A stretch of 64,000 nt of DNA from Clostridium sp. Lineage in GTDB: Bacteria; Bacillota; Clostridia; Oscillospirales; Acutalibacteraceae. Numbering within the stretch: the stretch's first letter is position 1; each line of letters opens with the position of its first letter. Made by a program: the position numbers and the translations under genes. Positions 46,194 through 55,442 of the stretch are shown one piece after another. Below the pieces are notes generated by a model that was given only the letters and a program-made list of their open reading frames with translations, ran no database searches and was not told where the DNA came from. Where the stretch lies: positions 715 to 64,714 of the forward strand of contig JAMPGU010000008.1 of assembly GCA_023663865.1 (NCBI GenBank), given 5' to 3'.

Positions 46194-47576
46194 ATGAATA
46201 AGATTTTTGAAAAAGATTGGTCAAATTATAATAACGGATATCCGCTTAACAATAGTGAAACAGAACGTTACATTTCTGTTGTGCCGTCAGAAAATCAGCT
46301 GCGTCATCAATCCAGACCGTATTATTGTTTTATACATTTTGGTATGAATACTGCCACTGCCCGAGAGTGGGGCAACGGCAAAGAAACTGTAGATGACTTC
46401 ACCATAAAATCCATAGATGCCAAGCAGTGGGTGCGTACAATAAAAAACAGCGGTGCAACAGGTATTATTCTAACCTGCAAGCACCATGATGGATTTTGCC
46501 TGTGGGAAAGTGCGTACACGGACTTCTGCATTAAGAATACCACCTTTGAGGGTGATATCGTAAAAATGGTATCAGAAGAATGTCATAAGCAGGGTATGGA
46601 TTTCGGTGTTTATCTTTCACCCTGGGATATGCATGATGCACGCTACGGCACAGAGGCATACAATGATTATTTCTGTAATCAGCTGACTGAGCTTCTTACC
46701 AATTACGGAGATGTATTTGAGGTTTGGTTTGACGGTGCTAAGGGGAAGGAAGCCGCCGAATTTGAATATGACTGGCAAAGAATATTCAGCCTTGTTCACA
46801 AATTACAGCCTAAGGCGAATATGGCAATCTGCGGACCGGATATCCGCTGGGTAGGCAATGAGGGCGGAAAGAGCAGAACGGCAGAATATTCCGTTGTTCC
46901 TTTTAGTCTTACCTCCTATGAAGCAATAAAAAAGAAGTCCCAAAACAGTGAGGCTGGGGCAGATGAGCTTAAAAAAATTGCTTCTACCGATGAGGATTTA
47001 GGCTCCAGAAAAATTTTGGAAAAAAGCAGTCAGCTTTGCTGGTATCCTGCAGAGGTTGATGTTTCCATCCGAAAGGGCTGGTTTTATTCAAAGGATGAAA
47101 ACCGAACAGTAAAATCAGCTGAACAGCTTTTTGATATTTATATTAAGTCCGTTGGTAACAATTGCGCATTACTGCTTAATGTTCCGCCGACAGATACAGG
47201 CGTTATTCACAGCAAGGATGCCAAGGTTCTTAAAAAGCTGGGCAGTATGATTCAACGAGTTACAGCTAAGCCGATTGCAGTAAAAGAGGTTGGTGCACTT
47301 ACTGCCGATAACAGCTATGTTGAGCTGAACTTTAATGCCGGCAAAAGAGTAAATTACATCGTTGTCAGTGAGGATACGCAGTTTAGTCAGCGTGTGGAAG
47401 CCTTTGATATTTATTTGAAAAAATCAAACGGAAAATATAGTAAGATATATTCAGGCACAATTATCGGTTCAAAGAAAATTATCAGAGTTAAGAACAAGAA
47501 ATGTGTCGGTGCTGCTTTGGTGATTCGCCAGAGCAGGAGCAATCCGCATATTAAAGAAATCGGTATTTACGAATAA
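46194..47576 (+). CDS. glycoside hydrolase family 29 alpha-L-fucosidase
   Basis: Start moved to the ATG at 46194, 1 nt after the GH38 stop. Motifs KHHDGFCLWES and EVWFDGAKG. No signal peptide. Confidence 0.82.
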   Translation: MNKIFEKDWSNYNNGYPLNNSETERYISVVPSENQLRHQSRPYYCFIHFGMNTATAREWGNGKETVDDFTIKSIDAKQWVRTIKNSGATGIILTCKHHDGFCLWESAYTDFCIKNTTFEGDIVKMVSEECHKQGMDFGVYLSPWDMHDARYGTEAYNDYFCNQLTELLTNYGDVFEVWFDGAKGKEAAEFEYDWQRIFSLVHKLQPKANMAICGPDIRWVGNEGGKSRTAEYSVVPFSLTSYEAIKKKSQNSEAGADELKKIASTDEDLGSRKILEKSSQLCWYPAEVDVSIRKGWFYSKDENRTVKSAEQLFDIYIKSVGNNCALLLNVPPTDTGVIHSKDAKVLKKLGSMIQRVTAKPIAVKEVGALTADNSYVELNFNAGKRVNYIVVSEDTQFSQRVEAFDIYLKKSNGKYSKIYSGTIIGSKKIIRVKNKKCVGAALVIRQSRSNPHIKEIGIYE

Positions 47577-47620
47577 AAAAACAATCCGCTGTTTTACATA
47601 TCAAACAGCGGATTGCTTTC
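47577..47620. terminator. hairpin flanked by A7 and CUUUC (better U-run on the minus strand)
   Basis: CAAUCCGCUGUUU (47582-47594) pairs with AAACAGCGGAUUG (47603-47615). Read on the minus strand it is followed by U7. Confidence 0.55.
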
Positions 47621-48119
47621 ATTGGCTATTTTTATATTTTCAATGATGATGCAGAGACTTCGAGAAATGGAACTGAATTTCGTATTTTGTGAGTGGGAGC
47701 TGTACGATGGTACTGCCCCCGAACAAAAGACGGAAAACGCCAAAAAATGGCTTAACCATTGTGTTAAGCCATTTTTAGAATTCCACCGTTAGCAATAAAT
47801 GCTGCCGCATTTCTAGTAAAAGGAAGTGTAAAGGATGTTAATTGTTATTAATTTGGCGTGGTTCAGCCCACTTTATCGACAGTCTAAGAGACCGAACAGG
47901 GCGTTCGGTCTCTGCTTTTTAATGAATCCACCCAGCCGCCAATAGCTGAGAATAACCTGCATACCCAGCAGGTGGGTTAAGCTCTAATCACTTTGTGCTC
48001 CCAGCGTCCTCAAAAGAGGGAGGTCTGCATTCCTGTTTCATAGAAGACAAATCCCTTAAAAAACGTGTTCGGGTTACTAAAGCCATTGGTTGTCGAGAAG
48101 GGCAGATTGTTTATATTAT

Positions 48120-48446
48120 TTACTGTTCAGGTTCAAAGTATTCAACGTCAAACTTTTCTTCTACCTTAGCCATAAGGATATCGGAGATTTGCTCATATTC
48201 CATTTCATCCTCAATTTCAGCCAGATATTCTTCGCCGTCTTCATTCAAAACCTTCAGGATGATTACTTCATAATCACCGTCAACAATTTCTTCGTCCGTT
48301 TCAAAATAACGGGTAATTGCTACATAAACATCCTCGTCAGTCTCATATCTTTCAAGAAGCTCAAACAGAAGCTCGTTGCCGTTTTCGTCACTTACACTGA
48401 GAATATCAGGTTCGTAAAATTCTTCTTCGTTAGCCATTGCAGTCAC
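48120..48446 (-). CDS. DUF1292 family protein (YrzB-like)
   Basis: Acidic 108-aa protein. SVSDENGNELLFELLERYETDEDVYVAI matches the DUF1292 pattern. Confidence 0.85.
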   Translation of the reverse strand: MTAMANEEEFYEPDILSVSDENGNELLFELLERYETDEDVYVAITRYFETDEEIVDGDYEVIILKVLNEDGEEYLAEIEDEMEYEQISDILMAKVEEKFDVEYFEPEQ

Positions 48447-48469
48447 ATCCTTTTGTAGTTTGCTATATT

Positions 48470-48498
48470 ATTATAGCTGTAAAATGCCAAATAGTCAA
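48470..48498 (-). promoter_or_regulatory. sigma-A type promoter of the DUF1292 gene
   Basis: Minus strand: TTGACT (48498-48493), 17 nt, TATAAT (48475-48470). Confidence 0.5.
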
Positions 48499-48566
48499 TA
48501 GTAATTAATGGTTGTTTATAATTGTTTAATATATACAAAAAAATATAAAAATGTTGAAAAAAGTTG

Positions 48567-48595
48567 TTGACAAAACATAAATTACGTGCTATTAT
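48567..48595 (+). promoter_or_regulatory. consensus-like sigma-A promoter driving a ~470-nt non-coding unit
   Basis: TTGACA (48567-48572), 17 nt, TATTAT (48590-48595). Confidence 0.5.
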
Positions 48596-49036
48596 ATAGA
48601 TGAACAAAGGAGATACCTAAAACGATAGATAAATGAAACTCTTGTTCAAATTTAATAAAGGAGGCTTGTCCAATGGATTTAGAACCAGGTCAGACAAGCG
48701 CTCGTATTGTAACTCAATAAAATAACGGTTATGTGTACCGATAGCAGTAAAGCGGAATTATTGACAGGTACAGGCTTTATAAAGTGATTAAAAAGTTATG
48801 ATACAGGGTTGAGTATTACAACGAGTGCTGTAACAACTAAATAACTTTAATATATATTTCGATTATTTTCCTGTAGATAATCTGTAGTGTTAACTACAAT
48901 TTAAAATTTAACAAAGAGGTATGGTCCAATGGAGTAACAATTCTAACCCGGTAATAAATTATGAGGTTGGTCCAATGTACTAGATAAATATTTACAATTG
49001 AATAATAAAATCTTCTAAAAAATTAGATTTAAAATG

Positions 49037-49075
49037 AACTCCTCGGCTTTATGCTGAGGAGTTTTTATGTTTTTT
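49037..49075 (+). terminator. intrinsic terminator closing the 48.6-49.07 kb non-coding unit
   Basis: AACUCCUCGGC-UUUAU-GCUGAGGAGUU, followed by UUUUAUGUUUUUU. Confidence 0.65.
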
Positions 49076-49157
49076 GACAACGCTATTGTATTAGCGATAA
49101 CTTTATTATATAATATTTAATTGAAAATATTGTACGCAAAATGGAGTTGTTTTTTAT

Positions 49158-50477
49158 ATGGAAAGTATTTTGCAGATTGGTGAGGGCAATTTTTTACGTG
49201 CCTTTGCCGAAGATTATTTACAAACAGCCTGTGACAACGGCTATGACGGCGAGGCTGTTGTTTGTCAGCCGCGCAGCAATACAAAGATTATTAATGCCCT
49301 TGATGCACAAAATTGCAGATATAATATATTGTTTAAGGGCAGACTGAACGGTGAAGTGATTAACAGCTCAAAAGAGATTCACTGTATTTCCAGAGTGATT
49401 GATACTGTTGGTGCGTACGAAGAATTGCAGAAGCTGGCTGCAAGCGATGATTTACAGCTTGTGATATCCAATACAACGGAAGCCGGTATTTGCTTTAATG
49501 AAAACGATAAAATGGAAAACAGCCCTGCTGTTTCATTTCCGGGAAAGGTTACAGCTCTGCTTTATGAACGCTTCAAAGCGGGTAAGGCAGGCTTGGTATT
49601 TCTGCCGGTGGAGCTTATCGAAAATAACGGCGATGCATTAAAGCAATGTGTTAATAAATATATAGAGCTTTGGGGACTTGATGATGCCTTTAAGTCCTAC
49701 GTCAATCAGGAGTGCAGCTTTTGCAATACCTTGGTTGACCGAATTGTAACCGGTAAAACAGAATTCGAAAAGGATAACTGCGCTGTTGCCTGTGAACCTT
49801 ATGCCAGCTGGATTATAGAGGCTGACGAAAGAGCAAAAGCGATTATTCCCTTTGATAATGTTATTTATTCTGAATCCCTCTTGCCGTACAGAAATCGAAA
49901 GGTGAGAATACTCAATGGCGTTCACACAATGACCGTGCTTGCAGCATATCATATGGGCTATAAAATTGTACGTGATATGATGGCGGATGATGTGATAAAG
50001 GAATATATCTGGAAGGGCTTGATTGATGAAATCATGCCTGCAATTCCTCTTCCAAGTGAGGAGCTGACAGCCTTTGCAAAATCTGTTTTAGAGCGTTTTG
50101 ATAATCCTTTTATTGACCATAAGCTTCTTGATATCAGTCTGAACTCTGTTTCAAAATTTAAGGCGAGATGCCTTGGCTCAATGCTTGATTATTATAAAAC
50201 CAATGGAAGTGTGCCGAAAATATTATCCTTTGGCTTTGCAGCCTTGATAAACTTTTATGCACATCCAACAGATTACAAGCCCAATGACCTGCCTGATGTT
50301 ATTGACTTTTTTGCTGAAACCCATGACGATATCGTAAAAGTGGTTTTGTCAAATGAGGCTTTTTGGGATTGCGATTTGACCGAGCTTTCAGGCTTCTATG
50401 AAACGGTTAAGCGTAACTATGATAATATTTGTAATGATGGTATGAAAAAGGCTATGGAGAAAGTAATAAATGAATAA
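49158..50477 (+). CDS. uxaB: tagaturonate reductase (altronate oxidoreductase), mannitol dehydrogenase family
   Basis: N-terminus ILQIGEGNFLRAFAE, plus the family length and position upstream of uxaA. Confidence 0.82.
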   Translation: MESILQIGEGNFLRAFAEDYLQTACDNGYDGEAVVCQPRSNTKIINALDAQNCRYNILFKGRLNGEVINSSKEIHCISRVIDTVGAYEELQKLAASDDLQLVISNTTEAGICFNENDKMENSPAVSFPGKVTALLYERFKAGKAGLVFLPVELIENNGDALKQCVNKYIELWGLDDAFKSYVNQECSFCNTLVDRIVTGKTEFEKDNCAVACEPYASWIIEADERAKAIIPFDNVIYSESLLPYRNRKVRILNGVHTMTVLAAYHMGYKIVRDMMADDVIKEYIWKGLIDEIMPAIPLPSEELTAFAKSVLERFDNPFIDHKLLDISLNSVSKFKARCLGSMLDYYKTNGSVPKILSFGFAALINFYAHPTDYKPNDLPDVIDFFAETHDDIVKVVLSNEAFWDCDLTELSGFYETVKRNYDNICNDGMKKAMEKVINE

Positions 50478-51939
50478 GCTGTTAAAAATAAATCCGATGG
50501 ATAATGTGGCTGTGGCTCTCGAGCCGTTAACGGCCGGCTATGAAGAAATGGGCGTAAAGCTGATTGATGATGTTCCTTTTGGGCATAAGGTTCTTTTAGA
50601 GGATCTGCCTGCAGGGGAGGATATTATAAAATATGGTAATCCCATTGGTCATCTTGTTTGCGATACGAAATGCGGAAGTCACATTCATGAGCATAATCTG
50701 AAAACAAATTTGAGTGATAAGCTAAGCTACAGCTTTGAGGGTGATCATAAATATTCTGTAAATCCTTCCGCCTTAACCTTTGATGGTTACGTGAGAGCTG
50801 ACGGAAAGGTTGGAACAAGAAATGAACTTTGGATTATCACAACAGTAGGCTGTATTAACGATACTGCATATCAGCTGGAGCGAATGGCAAAGGAGGTTGC
50901 AGGCGACGATATAGACGGTGTTTTCGCTTATACCCATCCTTTCGGCTGCAGTCAGATTGGTGACGACCAGGAAAATACACGCAAAATTCTTTCAGCGTTG
51001 ATTCATCACGCCAATGCAGGCGGTGTGCTTGTGGTTTCTTTGGGTTGTGAAAATACCAATGTTTCTGTATTAAAAGAATATCTCGGCGATTATGACAGCA
51101 GCAGAGTGAAGTTCCTTGTAACCCAGGACAGTGAGGATGAGCTGGCAGAGGGTATGGAGCTTATAAAAGAAATCTATCATAATATGAGAAATGATAAAAG
51201 AACAGCAGTAGGCATTGATAAGCTGTGTGTCGGTTACAAGTGCGGCGGCTCGGATGCCTTCAGCGGTATCACTGCCAATGCGCTTTGCGGTGTTTTGACA
51301 GATAAGCTGACAGCGCAAGGTGCAAGCTGTATTTTAACGGAAGTGCCTGAAATGTTTGGTGCAGAGCATCTGCTTTTTAAGAGATGTGAGAATAAACAGA
51401 CCTTTGACAAGGGTGTCAATATGATTAACGGCTTTAAGGATTATTTTTCAAGCCATAATCAGGTTTGCTATGAAAATCCATCTCCCGGTAATCATGACGG
51501 GGGTATTACCACACTTGAGGAAAAATCCTTGGGCTGTATCCAAAAGGGCGGAAAAGCTGTTGTTACAGATGTTCTTGAATATGGCGACAAGGTTACGAAA
51601 GCAGGACTTAATCTTTTAACAGGTCCGGGCAATGATATAGTATCCACTACGAATCTTACCTGTGCCGGTGCAAATATCATTTTGTTTACAACAGGTAGGG
51701 GCACGCCCTTGGGCGCACCTGTGCCCACCATTAAAATATCCTCCAATTCTTCTTTGGCAGAGAGAAAGAAAAATTGGATTGATTTTGATGCAGGTATTCT
51801 TGTAAATCATCCTGATACAGAAGCATTGTCCGTAAAGCTGCTGGATGAGGTAATTGCGGTTGCATCAGGTAAAAAAACAAAGAACGAGATAAATGGATAC
51901 AGACAAATATCTATCTTTAAAGACGGAGTAATTATGTAA
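50470..51939 (+). CDS. uxaA: altronate dehydratase
   Basis: SAF domain (GHKVLLEDLPAGEDIIKYGNPIG) and the C-terminal GD_AH domain (FTTGRGTPLG). Confidence 0.88.
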   Translation: MNKLLKINPMDNVAVALEPLTAGYEEMGVKLIDDVPFGHKVLLEDLPAGEDIIKYGNPIGHLVCDTKCGSHIHEHNLKTNLSDKLSYSFEGDHKYSVNPSALTFDGYVRADGKVGTRNELWIITTVGCINDTAYQLERMAKEVAGDDIDGVFAYTHPFGCSQIGDDQENTRKILSALIHHANAGGVLVVSLGCENTNVSVLKEYLGDYDSSRVKFLVTQDSEDELAEGMELIKEIYHNMRNDKRTAVGIDKLCVGYKCGGSDAFSGITANALCGVLTDKLTAQGASCILTEVPEMFGAEHLLFKRCENKQTFDKGVNMINGFKDYFSSHNQVCYENPSPGNHDGGITTLEEKSLGCIQKGGKAVVTDVLEYGDKVTKAGLNLLTGPGNDIVSTTNLTCAGANIILFTTGRGTPLGAPVPTIKISSNSSLAERKKNWIDFDAGILVNHPDTEALSVKLLDEVIAVASGKKTKNEINGYRQISIFKDGVIM

Positions 51940-52475
51940 TGAGCAGGACATTAAAAATTTTTATATCTGTATTATCTGCTGTTTTTATTTCCGTAATCTT
52001 TAATTGTCTCTACGGCTTTCTTATCGGCGGGCAGAAGAATGTAATCTATTACTGCCTGTGTATAGCAGTAAGCATTTTGCTTTCTCTCGGCTTTACAGCA
52101 GGAATTAACGGCAAAGCGTATCTGAAAGAAAAAAACTATTCAGTGCTTATAGCGGTTGCAGTCGGACTGCTTGTCTTATTTTCCGCTTTATATAATCCAC
52201 TGAATTCGCTGTCAAAATCAAATGATTTTACCGAATATCAGAGTGAAATTATATATGTCGGCGCAGGCGGTAATAAGTCATTTGTGCTTGACGATATTAC
52301 TTTTTTAGACAGAAATGGAAATGAAATAACGAAGCGTCAGGTGACAGAGCCGATTTCACTTGATGACGAGCCTGTTTTTGAAGAAGGAAAAGGAATAACT
52401 GTCAGAGAATATATGGGTGGCTTTGGCTTTTCTGTATACGAGCTTTTGCCCTGTAATTCGGAAAATGCAGAGTGA
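51939..52475 (+). CDS. hypothetical membrane protein
   Basis: Three predicted TM segments followed by a soluble C-terminal domain. Start overlaps the uxaA stop (ATGTAATG context). Confidence 0.55.
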   Translation: MSRTLKIFISVLSAVFISVIFNCLYGFLIGGQKNVIYYCLCIAVSILLSLGFTAGINGKAYLKEKNYSVLIAVAVGLLVLFSALYNPLNSLSKSNDFTEYQSEIIYVGAGGNKSFVLDDITFLDRNGNEITKRQVTEPISLDDEPVFEEGKGITVREYMGGFGFSVYELLPCNSENAE

Positions 52476-52481
52476 TTGCCC

Positions 52482-52510
52482 TTGACAATTATTTGTATAT
52501 TTGATAATAT
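52482..52510 (+). promoter_or_regulatory. sigma-A promoter of the valS leader
   Basis: TTGACA (52482-52487), 17 nt, TAATAT (52505-52510). Confidence 0.55.
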
Positions 52511-52519
52511 AATCTCAAT

Positions 52520-52797
52520 ATGAAACGGCTTAGACAAAGAGGAGTAGCTTGTACTGATCTTTCAGAGAGTGTCCGTTGGGTGAAAGGACACAGAGAGGGC
52601 AGGTGAAGGTAGCTTTCGAGCCGGCTGGGTGAAACAGCAGTAGCCTGGTCCGTATTTCTGCGTTAAGGATTTAAGCGGCATTTTGCAGGCAATTATAAAG
52701 ATGGATTTTGTTTCTTTTATTGATTTGCTCTGCAGTGCAATTTGAGTGGTACCACGGAATTTTATCCGCCTCATTTTTGAGGCGGTTTTTATTTTTT
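52520..52797 (+). promoter_or_regulatory. T-box riboswitch leader (tRNA-sensing attenuator) of valS
   Basis: Stem I elements are present: GGAGUAGC, CAGAGAG and the distal GGGUGAAAG. CGUUA F-box. T-box sequence AAUUUGAGUGGUACCACGG at 52739-52757. Terminator CCGCCUC/GAGGCGG + U-run at 52766-52797. Confidence 0.88.
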
Positions 52798-52811
52798 AAG
52801 GAGATGATATT

Positions 52812-55442
52812 ATGGCAAAGGAACTTGCAAAACAGTATAATCCGGGTGATGTTGAAGATCGCACATATAAATTCTGGTGTGATAATAAGTATTTTCACGC
52901 AGAGGTGAATCCGAAAAAGAAACCATATACAATCGTGATTCCGCCTCCGAATATCACCGGTCAGCTTCATATGGGTCATGCGCTTGATAATACATTGCAG
53001 GATATTCTTATCCGTTTCAGACGTATGCAGGGCTATGAGGCACTTTGGCTTCCGGGAACAGACCATGCTTCCATTGCAACGGAAGCAAAGATTGTTGAGG
53101 CAATGCGTAAAGAGGGTGTGTCTAAGGACGATATTGGACGTGACGGCTTTCTTGAACGTGCATGGGCATGGAAGGATCAGTATGGTTCACGCATTATTGA
53201 ACAGCTGAAAAAGATGGGCTCCTCCTGCGATTGGGACAGAGAGCGTTTTACACTGGATGAGGGCTGTTCAAAGGCAGTTAAAGAGGTGTTTGTAAACCTC
53301 TACGAAAAAGGACTTATCTATCAGGGTAAGCGTATGGTTAACTGGTGTCCCCATTGCTGCACCACAATTTCAGATGCTGAGGTTGAGTATGAGGATCAGG
53401 CAGGTCATTTCTGGCATCTTCGCTATCCCTTTAAGGATGGCTCAGGCTATGTAGAGCTTGCCACTACCAGACCTGAAACTCTGCTTGGTGATACTGCGGT
53501 TGCTGTTAATCCAAATGATGAAAGATATAAAGACATTATCGGCAAAACACTGATTTTACCTATCGTTCACAGAGAAATTCCTGTTGTTGCCGATGATTAT
53601 GTTGATATTGAATTTGGTACAGGTGTTGTTAAAATTACACCTGCTCACGACCCGAATGACTATGAGGTTGGTCTGCGTCATCAGCTGGAAGTGATTGACG
53701 TTATGACAGATGATGGTCATATCGCTGAGGGCTGGGGCAAGTATACAGGACTTGACAGATATGAGTGCCGAAAGGAAATTGTTAAGGATTTAGAAGCAGA
53801 GGGTGCTTTGATTAAAATTGAGGATTACAGCCATAATGTAGGTACCTGCTATCGCTGTCACACCTCTATCGAGCCGAGACTTTCCAAGCAGTGGTTTGTT
53901 AAAATGGAACCTCTTGCAGAGCCGGCTGTCAATGCTGTTAAAGATGGCAAGGTTAAATTTGTTCCTGAACGTTTTGATAAGATTTACTATCACTGGATGG
54001 AAAATATCAAGGATTGGTGTATTTCCCGTCAGCTTTGGTGGGGTCACAGAATTCCGGCTTGGTACTGTGATGACTGCGGTGATGTTACTGTATCTAAAGA
54101 TGATGTAAAATGCTGTGCTCACTGCGGCAGCGAGCATATCCATCAGGATCCGGATACCCTCGATACTTGGTTTTCTTCTGCACTTTGGCCTTTCAGCACA
54201 ATGGGCTGGCCTGATAATACAGAGGAGCTTAAATATTTCTATCCGACAAATACGCTTGTAACAGGCTATGATATTATTTTCTTCTGGGTTGCAAGAATGA
54301 TTTTCTCTGCTGTTGAGCATACCGATAATGTGCCTTTTGATACCGTTCTTATTCACGGTCTTGTCCGCGATGCACAGGGCAGAAAAATGTCTAAGTCCCT
54401 GGGCAATGGTATTGACCCGCTTGAAATTATTGATGAGTATGGTGCAGATGCACTTCGCTTTACCCTTGCAACAGGTAATTCCCCGGGAAATGATATGCGT
54501 TTCTCTGACGATAAGGTTAAGGCATCACGTAACTTTGCAAATAAACTTTGGAATGCAGCGCGTTTTGTTTTAATGTATCTTGATGAAGGCTTTGAATATA
54601 ATGGACTTCCGAGCAATTTAGCGATTGAGGATAAGTGGATTGTTTCAAAGGTCAATACGCTGGCAAAGGATGTTACCGACAATCTTGAAAAGTTTGAGCT
54701 GGGTATTGCCATTCAAAAACTTTATGATTTTATTTGGGATGTATTCTGCGACTGGTATATTGAAATTGCAAAAATCAGACTGCAGGGTGAGGATAAAGAG
54801 GCAAAGGCTGCCGCTGTTTCCGTACTTGTATATGTATTGACAGATATTCTCAAGCTGCTTCATCCGTTTATGCCTTTCATTACTGAAGAAATTTATCAGG
54901 CTATACCTCATGATTGTGAATCCATTATGATTTCAAAATGGGTTGCATTTGACGAAGCACTTTCCTTTACTGCTGATGAAGCGGAGATGGAAAGAATTAT
55001 GAAGGCAATCCGTGCAATCCGTAACAGACGAAGCGAAATGAATATTCCGCCAAGCAGAAAGGCAACTGTATATATTGAGACTGCCTTTGCAGATACATTT
55101 GCAATGGGTGTTGATTTTGTTAAGCGTTTAGCTTCTGCCAACGAGGTTGTTGTGGGTGACAGCTTTGATGCTTTAGGCAACACGGTTACCATTATTACTG
55201 ATGATGCAAAAATCTTCATTCCAATGGGAGATCTTGTTGATTTTGAGGCAGAAAGAAAGCGTCTTGAAAAGGAGCTGGCACAGGCACAGGATAAGCTTGA
55301 CTTTATCAATAAAAAACTTTCAAATCCGGGCTTTGTTAACAAAGCACCTGAAAAGGTAGTTGCACAGAATAAAGAGGATGCTGCAAAGCTTGAGGAAAAG
55401 ATTGCTAATATCAAAAATTCTATTGACTCTCTGGGTGAATAA
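52812..55442 (+). CDS. valS: valine--tRNA ligase
   Basis: HIGH region [19 protein letters not shown] (RKMSKSLGN) and a C-terminal coiled coil. 876 aa. Confidence 0.95.
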   Translation: MAKELAKQYNPGDVEDRTYKFWCDNKYFHAEVNPKKKPYTIVIPPPNITGQLHMGHALDNTLQDILIRFRRMQGYEALWLPGTDHASIATEAKIVEAMRKEGVSKDDIGRDGFLERAWAWKDQYGSRIIEQLKKMGSSCDWDRERFTLDEGCSKAVKEVFVNLYEKGLIYQGKRMVNWCPHCCTTISDAEVEYEDQAGHFWHLRYPFKDGSGYVELATTRPETLLGDTAVAVNPNDERYKDIIGKTLILPIVHREIPVVADDYVDIEFGTGVVKITPAHDPNDYEVGLRHQLEVIDVMTDDGHIAEGWGKYTGLDRYECRKEIVKDLEAEGALIKIEDYSHNVGTCYRCHTSIEPRLSKQWFVKMEPLAEPAVNAVKDGKVKFVPERFDKIYYHWMENIKDWCISRQLWWGHRIPAWYCDDCGDVTVSKDDVKCCAHCGSEHIHQDPDTLDTWFSSALWPFSTMGWPDNTEELKYFYPTNTLVTGYDIIFFWVARMIFSAVEHTDNVPFDTVLIHGLVRDAQGRKMSKSLGNGIDPLEIIDEYGADALRFTLATGNSPGNDMRFSDDKVKASRNFANKLWNAARFVLMYLDEGFEYNGLPSNLAIEDKWIVSKVNTLAKDVTDNLEKFELGIAIQKLYDFIWDVFCDWYIEIAKIRLQGEDKEAKAAAVSVLVYVLTDILKLLHPFMPFITEEIYQAIPHDCESIMISKWVAFDEALSFTADEAEMERIMKAIRAIRNRRSEMNIPPSRKATVYIETAFADTFAMGVDFVKRLASANEVVVGDSFDALGNTVTIITDDAKIFIPMGDLVDFEAERKRLEKELAQAQDKLDFINKKLSNPGFVNKAPEKVVAQNKEDAAKLEEKIANIKNSIDSLGE

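Noticed and set aside
47643-47792. A 49-aa + strand ORF (MMMQRLREMELNFVFCEWELYDGTAPEQKTENAKKWLNHCVKPFLEFHR) in the ORF-free region.
   Set aside because: It has no SD, and a perfect A6-hairpin-U5 terminator-like element sits inside it. It is more likely non-coding or a decayed fragment.
47620-48119. Tested the structured region by eye against tmRNA, RNase P RNA, SRP RNA and common riboswitch cores (TPP, cobalamin, FMN, lysine, ZTP).
   Set aside because: I found no GAGGAAAGUCC or ACAGAA..GGCUUA (RNase P). I found no tRNA-like GGUUCGA T-loop, acceptor end, or tag ORF ending in LAA (tmRNA). I found no GGUCCGGAAGGAAGCAGC (SRP). Resemblances to the riboswitch cores were only partial, for example GCUGAGA...ACCUG. 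The region is left unassigned.
48673-48720. The 15-aa ORF MDLEPGQTSARIVTQ as a RiPP precursor or leader peptide.
   Set aside because: There are no modifying enzymes, transporters or Cys/Ser/Thr-rich core nearby. The peptide is reported only as part of the non-coding unit.
52562-53066. Minus-strand ORFs 52562..52774 and 52671..53066, and the + ORF 52708..52908.
   Set aside because: They overlap the clearly identifiable T-box leader and the valS start, so they are shadows.
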